DNA of 56,635 nt from assembly GCA_003819715.1 (NCBI GenBank), contig RPQN01000017.1:1-56635 (forward strand). Reading direction: 5' to 3'. The notes beneath the pieces are model-generated. The model saw only the letters and a list, made by a program, of their open reading frames with translations, searched no databases and was not told the DNA's origin. The translations under genes and the position numbers were made by a program. Every line of letters begins with the position of its first letter. Position 1 is the stretch's first letter. The stretch is from Ignavibacteriota bacterium. Lineage in GTDB: Bacteria; Bacteroidota; Ignavibacteria; UBA10030. Below are positions 47,144 through 54,243 of this stretch, piece by piece.

Positions 47144-48817
47144 TCAGTTTCGCGTCAATCGTTTATATTTAATCCGGTGCGGCTGGTCGGCAGCGATGCC
47201 GAGCTGTTTCCTGCGGTACTCTTCGTACTCGGAATAGTTGCCATCGAACCAGACCACGCTGCTTTCTCCCTCGAAGGCGAGAATATGTGTCGCAACGCGG
47301 TCGAGAAACCAGCGGTCATGCGATATAACGACCGCACAGCCCGCGAAGTTCGCGAGTGCCTCTTCCAGTGCCCGCAGCGTATTCACATCAAGATCATTGG
47401 TCGGTTCATCCAGGAGAAGAACATTCGCACCTTCCTTGAGCACTTTTGCGAGATGGACACGGTTCCGTTCGCCGCCGGAGAGTTTGCCGACAGGCTTTTG
47501 CTGGTCCGTGCCGCTGAAATTGAACCGGGCAACATAGCCGCGCGAATTCACTTCGCGGCTGCCCAGCATGAGAAGATCTTCTCCGCCCGAGATTTCCTGC
47601 CAGATTGTTTTATCGGGATCGAGCGGCCGCAGCTGGTCGACATAGGCAAGCTTCACCGTATCGCCGATCTTGATCTCACCGGCGTCCGCCTTTTCCTGGC
47701 CGGTGATGAGTCTGAACAGTGTGGTTTTGCCTGCGCCGTTTGGCCCGATCACTCCGATGATGCCGCCGGGCGGAAGAGCAAAATCCATCTGTTCAAACAA
47801 TAATCGATCGCCGAACGCTTTGGAGACGCCATGAGCTTCAATGACCACATCCCCCAGACGCGGACCGGGCGGGATATAAATTTCCATTTCTTCATCACGT
47901 TTCTCACCCTGTTCCGCAAGCATCTTTTCGTACGAAGCAATGCGCGCCTTACTTTTGGCATGGCGGCCTTTCGGGTTCAGCCGTACCCATTCTAATTCAC
48001 GCTGGAGTACCCTCTGCCGCTTCGATTCCTGTTTCTCTTCCTGTTCCAGCCGGCGTTTCTTTTGATCCAGCCACGAAGAGTAATTCCCTTCGAAGGGAAT
48101 TCCCTCGCCGCGGTCAAGCTCCAGGATCCATCCCGCAACATTGTCGAGAAAGTAGCGGTCATGGGTGACGGCAATAACCGTTCCCTGGTACAATCCCAAA
48201 TGGTGTTCCAGCCATGCGACCGATTCGGCGTCGAGGTGGTTCGTGGGCTCGTCGAGCAGGAGCACATCCGGTTCCTGGAGCAGCAGACGACAAAGAGCGA
48301 CGCGCCGCCTTTCACCGCCGGAGAGTACGTTTACCGGCGTTTCAGGAGGCGGACATCGTAATGCATCCATGGCCTGTTCTAATTTGCTGTCCAAATCCCA
48401 CGCGTTGAGATGATCAATTTTTTCCTGAAGCGTGCTCTGCTGCGCAAGCAGTCTGTCATAATCCGCATCCGGTTCGGCAAGCTTCAGGTTCACCGCCTCG
48501 TATTTCTTCAGGAGATCGACCGTTTCCTGAACGCCTTCTTCAACGATGTCCTTCACGGTCTTCGCAGGATCGAGCTCCGGTTCCTGCGAGAGGAATCCAA
48601 AGGTAATCCCCTTCTGGGCGGTAATTTCACCAAGATAATCTTTATCGATACCGGCAATAATGCGCAGGAGCGTGCTTTTCCCGGCGCCGTTCAATCCCAG
48701 CACGCCGATCTTCGCACCATAGAAAAAGGAGAGATAAATATCTTTTAAAATCTGACGGTTCGGTTTAACCACCTTGCCGACGCCGATCATCGAAAAAATA
48801 ATTTTATTGTCGCTCAT
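47144..48817 (-). CDS. ettA: Energy-dependent translational throttle protein EttA (ABC-F ATPase)
   Basis: Two ABC cassettes (GLNGAGKST / LSGGERRRVAL and GPNGAGKTT / LSGGERNRVHL) and the EttA-like N-terminus MSDNKIIFSMIGVGKVVKPNRQIL. The ORF-track start of 48904 is over-extended. Confidence 0.95.
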   Translation of the reverse strand: MSDNKIIFSMIGVGKVVKPNRQILKDIYLSFFYGAKIGVLGLNGAGKSTLLRIIAGIDKDYLGEITAQKGITFGFLSQEPELDPAKTVKDIVEEGVQETVDLLKKYEAVNLKLAEPDADYDRLLAQQSTLQEKIDHLNAWDLDSKLEQAMDALRCPPPETPVNVLSGGERRRVALCRLLLQEPDVLLLDEPTNHLDAESVAWLEHHLGLYQGTVIAVTHDRYFLDNVAGWILELDRGEGIPFEGNYSSWLDQKKRRLEQEEKQESKRQRVLQRELEWVRLNPKGRHAKSKARIASYEKMLAEQGEKRDEEMEIYIPPGPRLGDVVIEAHGVSKAFGDRLLFEQMDFALPPGGIIGVIGPNGAGKTTLFRLITGQEKADAGEIKIGDTVKLAYVDQLRPLDPDKTIWQEISGGEDLLMLGSREVNSRGYVARFNFSGTDQQKPVGKLSGGERNRVHLAKVLKEGANVLLLDEPTNDLDVNTLRALEEALANFAGCAVVISHDRWFLDRVATHILAFEGESSVVWFDGNYSEYEEYRRKQLGIAADQPHRIKYKRLTRN

Positions 48818-48824
48818 GCTGTTT

Positions 48825-49481
48825 TCATGTGATGTGAGAGAAAAAAGATTCAAGTTTATGAGGATCCAGCCGTCCGCCGGTGCGGACGCCGCTGCAGACA
48901 TCAACGGCGTACGGATGAACCTGTTCTATCGCATTCTGTACATTTTCCGGCGTTAATCCCCCTGCAAGGTACACCGGAATATGAACACGGTCTCGTATAC
49001 GTCTGCTGATGGTCCAGTCATGAGTGCGGCCGGTCCCGCCAAGTTCTTTTACCGCCAGTGATGGTTTCCCGGAATCCAACAGGAGCGCATCGACCAACGG
49101 TGCAACCGCAGCAGCGTCTTGAATTGAACTCTCTCCGGTGACGTGGATAACCTGCACGAGACGGATCCCCGGCAGGGATTGACGGAGCACCGAATAACCC
49201 TGGAGCGGAAATGCATCGACCAATTGAATGGTCGTAACGCCGCATTTTCGCTGCTGAAGGATAACCGCTGCCGGATCCTGTCTGCAGGTGAGGAGAAACG
49301 TCTCGATACCGTCCGGAACACTCTGCGCAATATCTCTGATGAGATCTTCCGGAATCACTCCGGGGCCGCTCGGCATTTCAGAGACCAACCCAATCGCCGC
49401 TGCGCCCAATCGAATTGCCAGCTGTGCGTCTTCAATGCTGCCCATGCAACAAATTTTTACCAGCGTTCTTTGATGTTCCAT
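48825..49481 (-). CDS. trpF: Phosphoribosylanthranilate isomerase
   Basis: VKICCMG ... IGLV ... IQLVD ... LLLDSG ... GGTGRTHDW ... YLAGGLTPENV ... VDVCSGVR follows the TrpF pattern. Start taken at the ATG at 49481. It ends 7 nt before the ettA start. Confidence 0.8.
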   Translation of the reverse strand: MEHQRTLVKICCMGSIEDAQLAIRLGAAAIGLVSEMPSGPGVIPEDLIRDIAQSVPDGIETFLLTCRQDPAAVILQQRKCGVTTIQLVDAFPLQGYSVLRQSLPGIRLVQVIHVTGESSIQDAAAVAPLVDALLLDSGKPSLAVKELGGTGRTHDWTISRRIRDRVHIPVYLAGGLTPENVQNAIEQVHPYAVDVCSGVRTGGRLDPHKLESFFSHIT

Positions 49482-49830
49482 TCTTATCAACAAAATATTC
49501 CTGCTTTTTAGCTGTACTCCATGACAATATACGAAAATGTATGGAAGGTAATTGAACAGAAATGGGGAAATGAACGTCAAATAGTTATCCTCTCGGAGAG
49601 GAACAAGCACGTGACGATGACTCACGGAATGCCCGAGTTAGTTTAATGTGGAAATTATGATGACAATATGCGAAATTGAGTGAGGTGTAACGATCGCGAG
49701 GTCCCGTATTCATAGAAAATTTTATAGTGTCACCATCGCTGCAGCTGTTCTTGTTTCGATTCTTCAGGTCCGCCTGTCTGCACAAGAGCAAAAGAAGTCG
49801 CAGGCATTCAGAAATTACGAATCGGTTTCG

Positions 49831-51234
49831 ATGCCGCTGGTCCTTCCCTCCACCCTTGATCTTCAGCTCCTCGAAGCGTTTGTGTTGATGCAGAAAGCGA
49901 ATGCAGGCGAGTCGCCCGCTCAACATGAATTAGGGTTGCGTTATTTATTCGGCAAAGGATTTCCCGCCGACACGGCAAAGGCCGCCTATTGGATTCAAAA
50001 AGCCGCTGACCAGCATTTGATGCTTGCACAGTACAACCTTGGCATTCTCTCCATGAACGGCCGCGGTGTGGAGTGGAATCCATTTAAAGCGTTCGAATGC
50101 TTCCATGCCGCCGCAGAGCAGGGAAATCCGGAGGCGCTGTATGTGGTGGGTTTAATGTATACCGAAGATCTCATTGTGCCTCGGAGCTGGCCGACGGCAT
50201 ATTCCTACTTTACCAAAGCGGCGGTATCCGGATCGGAGGCGGGAAAGAGTACCAAAAAAGAAATGGAACGGCGCGGACTCAATAAGAGCGACACCGCAAA
50301 TACCACTTCGGCGAAAGCGGTCCATCCGGATAAAAGCGCTGCGCATCCTGCAAAAATTGACACCAGTACCAACCTCCTGTTTATTGATTTCCACACCGAC
50401 ACCACTTCGACCATTGAAGATACCACTCTCATTCGCGAAGCATATCAAGGAATTGACACACTTTCTCCGTCCGCCGCCGCACCGGATTTAGGAAATCAAT
50501 CCTTCCTGTCAAAAACGGCAATGTCCGGAAATCCTGAGGCGCTCTGCCTCCTCGGACGCTGTTATGAACATGGATTGAATGTTCCTCGTGACGTTATTCT
50601 TGCGGGAGTATATTACCTCCGTGCATTTATTCTGAACTCCAACCGTGCACCGGCGCTTCTCTGGAAGCTGATGAATACGGATGATTTTGCCCGCGAACTT
50701 GAACTCCGTTCCTCAAAAAACGATGCGGAAGCTCTCTATGTCTGGGCCGGATTAACGTCGATTGGTTTCAGTAAAGTATTGAACGAGAAACAGGCCTTGA
50801 ACCTCCTGCAGCGCGCCGCAGCCGCCGGACATGTCCCATCGATGGTAGAATTAGGTTCGTGTCATTTCACCGGCCGCTGGGTGAAGCAGAACCGCGAAAA
50901 AGCGGTCGAGTGGTGGAGCCGTGCCTCATCCCTGGGGAGTGTTGAAGCGGACATCCGTCTCGCGGCTGCGAACGTCCTTGGACAAATCCATACGCAGGAT
51001 ATCGAATCTTCGATTTCTCTTCTCCGCAACACGGCAAAAGAAGGGTCCCTGCTCTCAGATTTAACACTGGCACGATGTTATGAAAAAGGAATTGTCTTAT
51101 CGCAAAATAAAGGCGAATCATACCGCATCTTTCACAAATCCATGCTGAGAGGAAGTGAGACGGCTTATGTTGCCCTCCGAAGCATGCACGATGAAATCCG
51201 GCCTCCGGCCCGGGAATACCAGATGCCGGATTGA
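49831..51234 (+). CDS. Sel1-repeat (TPR-like) protein
   Basis: Repeated A..W..KAA.QG...A...LG..Y..G.GV units (e.g. AAYWIQKAADQHLMLAQYNLGILSMNGRGV). The frame stays open upstream to 49684 and encodes a signal-peptide-like segment without a canonical start (see findings). Confidence 0.85.
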   Translation: MPLVLPSTLDLQLLEAFVLMQKANAGESPAQHELGLRYLFGKGFPADTAKAAYWIQKAADQHLMLAQYNLGILSMNGRGVEWNPFKAFECFHAAAEQGNPEALYVVGLMYTEDLIVPRSWPTAYSYFTKAAVSGSEAGKSTKKEMERRGLNKSDTANTTSAKAVHPDKSAAHPAKIDTSTNLLFIDFHTDTTSTIEDTTLIREAYQGIDTLSPSAAAPDLGNQSFLSKTAMSGNPEALCLLGRCYEHGLNVPRDVILAGVYYLRAFILNSNRAPALLWKLMNTDDFARELELRSSKNDAEALYVWAGLTSIGFSKVLNEKQALNLLQRAAAAGHVPSMVELGSCHFTGRWVKQNREKAVEWWSRASSLGSVEADIRLAAANVLGQIHTQDIESSISLLRNTAKEGSLLSDLTLARCYEKGIVLSQNKGESYRIFHKSMLRGSETAYVALRSMHDEIRPPAREYQMPD

Positions 51235-51558
51235 TGAGGAATACTCATATCGGAAAGTGGAGCGGCGCGTTTTATGTTCAGACTCCGTTCGAAGATCTCT
51301 CTCCGTCTTCCGACGATAAGACACCTCTTATGTTTATTCTTGCTTAACCATGTGCATCCCTTCCATTCTCCCGATCAATTTCACCCTGTCATTGTTGGCA
51401 TCCCTTCGGTGGTCCCTGCATGAAAGGAAAACCGGCCATAATGATTTAGAATATGAAAAACATTGAGAATGACGTATGAAACCGGATTAAATTTCATTGT
51501 TCATTTTTATACAAAAATCTTTGACATGTTAATCCAAAATCCACTATGTTTCAAAATC

Positions 51559-54186
51559 ATGATACGCGCATGGATTATCCTGAAATCGTCAAGAAGTAAT
51601 TTTTTACTCCGGCCGATATCCTTCTTCATCCTCTTTTTACTTCTCAGTTCCGGAACCCCGGCAAAAGAACTTCGCCCGAATCCTCTTCTTCAGTACATCC
51701 ATAAAACTTATACGAGCGACGACGGATTGCCTCAAAACCGAAGCAGGGCAATGGTCCAAACTCGCGACGGTTTTCTCTGGATAGGGACACAGGACGGACT
51801 TGCCAGGTTTGATGGAACTTCGTTCCAGGTTTATGATAAAGAACATACACCCCAATTAAAAAGTAACGATATCACATCCCTTTTTGAATCCCCGGACAGC
51901 AGCCTGTGGATTGGGACATTCAATGGTCTGACTCAATTGAAGAATGGGATATTTTCCTCCCATGCTCTTCAGACCGGACCTGTCCGTGGAATTGCTGCAG
52001 ATCCGGCGGGGACTCTTTACATCAGCACGATGAATAATGGGATTTATAAGTATAAAGATGGGAACTATGATTCCATCACGACGTCCCAGGGATTGAACGA
52101 CAACTCGTTGAATGTGTTTACCGTCGATCAGCAGGGAACCATTTGGGTCGCTTTAAGCGGGAAGGGGCTGAACGTCTATCGGAATGGCCGGTGGCTGCTC
52201 TATAACACTAAAAATGGATTTCCCAGTAATACCATCCGGAGTTTTTGTGCCGGTTCAGATCAGACCGTCTGGATCGGTACTGAGAACGGGCTGGTCCGCT
52301 GGAAAAACGGATCGTTCCATACCTATACCACCGCCGACGGACTCACCGATAATATTATTCCCTCTCTCTTCGAAGACCGATCGGGCGCGTTGTGGATTGG
52401 AACGGAGCGCGGCGGAATCTGCCGATTGAAGGATAATGTGTTTTCCTCATACCGTTCCGTGGACGGTCTCTCCAGCGATTATGTCACCACCATTCTGGAA
52501 GACCATGAAGGAAGCCTCTGGGTCGGTACGTATAATGCAGGATTAAATCAATTTTGGAAGGGAAAATTTATAAACTATTCTGTGCGTGATGGAGTGCCTG
52601 CCCGGACCATCCGCACGATGCTGACCGCACATGATGGTTCGGTGTGGGCGGGCACCGAAGGCGGCGGTGTTTTACATTTTAACGGAAATAAATTTGTGCC
52701 GTTCGAAGAAAAGAATATTCCCAGCGATTATATCCGGTCACTCTTCGAAGATTCCCATGGGAATTTGTGGATCGGTTTACGCGAAGGACTTGCACAATAC
52801 CGCAATGGGAATTACCGAATCTTTACGACCAAAGACGGCCTGTCGCAAAATTTTATCCGGGTGATGGCGGAAGATCATGAAGGGACTCTTTGGGTGGGGA
52901 CTTACAACAACGGCATGAACCGATTCGAGAAAGACCATTTTGTCAATTACCAAAATAAAGGAATGCCAGTCAACTTAATCCGGTCCATCCTTGTCGATCA
53001 TGCAGGCGTGATCTGGATCGGAAGCAATGAGGGACTTCTGCGATGGCAAAATGGATTGATGTCTCTCTACACGAGTAAAGACGGACTGCCCTCCGATCCT
53101 TTCTTCGATATGATTGAGGACAGTGAACACACGCTATGGATGGGGAGTTATGGCGGCGGCCTGGTGAGGTTAAAAAACGGGAAGTTTACATGTTTTACCA
53201 CTGCGCAGGGTCTTTTTAACGATGTCATCATGAAAATTCTTGAAGACGACTTCGGCAATTTATGGCTGGGGAGCATGAAGGGGATCGGATGCATCAGTAA
53301 AAAAATACTGGATGATTTCAGTAACGGCACGATAGACCGTCTTCAGTGCGCTTCGTACAGTTCCTCGGACGGCATGCTGGTAAGCGAATGCACGGGTCCG
53401 ACCGGATGTAAAACTGCCGACGGCCGTCTCTGGTTCCCGACACCCAAAGGGATTGTTGTGGTTGATCCGAAAAAAATACTGAAAAACAATCTTCCTCCGC
53501 CGGTGGTTATTGAACGGGTGGTTTTTGACAGAAAAGATTATTCTCCGTACGAGTATGCCGCATTCCCTCCCGGAACGGGACAGGTGGAATTCCAGTACGG
53601 GGGGATGAGTTTTATCGCGCCTCAGAAGGTTCATTTCCGTTATATGCTGGAAGGGTTTGAAAAAGAATGGAGAAACGCAGGGACAAGGCGCAGCGCGTTC
53701 TATACCAACCTGTCTCCGGGAAAATACACCTTCCGCATCACCGCCTGCAATAACGACGGTGTGTGGAATGAATCCAGAGCAAGTTTTGCGTTCGAGCTGG
53801 AACCGCATTTCTATCAGACGTTCTGGTTCATGGGCGTTCTGCTACTGGCTATTGGTGGAGCCGGATTTGGGTTACATCGCCTCCGGGTCTGGCAGCTCGT
53901 CGCAAGAGAAAAAATGCTCAAAGTGTATGTCGCCGAAGCAATGACGAAAATAAAAGTACTGAACGGCCTCATTCCGATTTGTTTCAACTGCAAAAAAGTG
54001 CGCGATGATCAAGGATATTGGAAGGGATTGGAACGCTACATCAAGGATAATTCCGAGGCGACATTCAGTCATGGCGTTTGCCCCGAATGTGCGGAAAAAT
54101 TACGCGATGGCTTTCTCTCAAAAAACAATGAAAAGCTGGGAAGTATCTTATCTCAATTTCTACCGACGGATACTTCAAAAAAGTGA
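51559..54186 (+). CDS. Two-component-regulator-propeller / Y_Y_Y domain transmembrane protein with C-terminal four-Cys module
   Basis: Many Reg_prop-like repeats (LWIGT/WIGT..GL about every 45-50 aa). The Y_Y_Y segment is FRYMLEGFEKEWRNAG ... YTNLSPGKYTFRITACNNDGVWNE. It has one TM segment (FWFMGVLLLAIGGAGFGL) and then ends in ICFNCKKVRDDQGYW ... FSHGVCPEC. Start taken at the ATG at 51559. Confidence 0.85.
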   Translation: MIRAWIILKSSRSNFLLRPISFFILFLLLSSGTPAKELRPNPLLQYIHKTYTSDDGLPQNRSRAMVQTRDGFLWIGTQDGLARFDGTSFQVYDKEHTPQLKSNDITSLFESPDSSLWIGTFNGLTQLKNGIFSSHALQTGPVRGIAADPAGTLYISTMNNGIYKYKDGNYDSITTSQGLNDNSLNVFTVDQQGTIWVALSGKGLNVYRNGRWLLYNTKNGFPSNTIRSFCAGSDQTVWIGTENGLVRWKNGSFHTYTTADGLTDNIIPSLFEDRSGALWIGTERGGICRLKDNVFSSYRSVDGLSSDYVTTILEDHEGSLWVGTYNAGLNQFWKGKFINYSVRDGVPARTIRTMLTAHDGSVWAGTEGGGVLHFNGNKFVPFEEKNIPSDYIRSLFEDSHGNLWIGLREGLAQYRNGNYRIFTTKDGLSQNFIRVMAEDHEGTLWVGTYNNGMNRFEKDHFVNYQNKGMPVNLIRSILVDHAGVIWIGSNEGLLRWQNGLMSLYTSKDGLPSDPFFDMIEDSEHTLWMGSYGGGLVRLKNGKFTCFTTAQGLFNDVIMKILEDDFGNLWLGSMKGIGCISKKILDDFSNGTIDRLQCASYSSSDGMLVSECTGPTGCKTADGRLWFPTPKGIVVVDPKKILKNNLPPPVVIERVVFDRKDYSPYEYAAFPPGTGQVEFQYGGMSFIAPQKVHFRYMLEGFEKEWRNAGTRRSAFYTNLSPGKYTFRITACNNDGVWNESRASFAFELEPHFYQTFWFMGVLLLAIGGAGFGLHRLRVWQLVAREKMLKVYVAEAMTKIKVLNGLIPICFNCKKVRDDQGYWKGLERYIKDNSEATFSHGVCPECAEKLRDGFLSKNNEKLGSILSQFLPTDTSKK

Positions 54187-54243
54187 TATCCTCTTGATTC
54201 TCATCCCCTTCGGGGGAGAGAGCGTTGTAAGAACACTGTATTT

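Noticed and set aside
51521-51550. TTGACA-N18-TATGTT upstream of the first Y_Y_Y gene considered as its promoter.
   Set aside because: The -10 element ends only about 9 nt before the preferred ATG (51559), which would imply a leaderless mRNA or a different start. It cannot be resolved from sequence alone.
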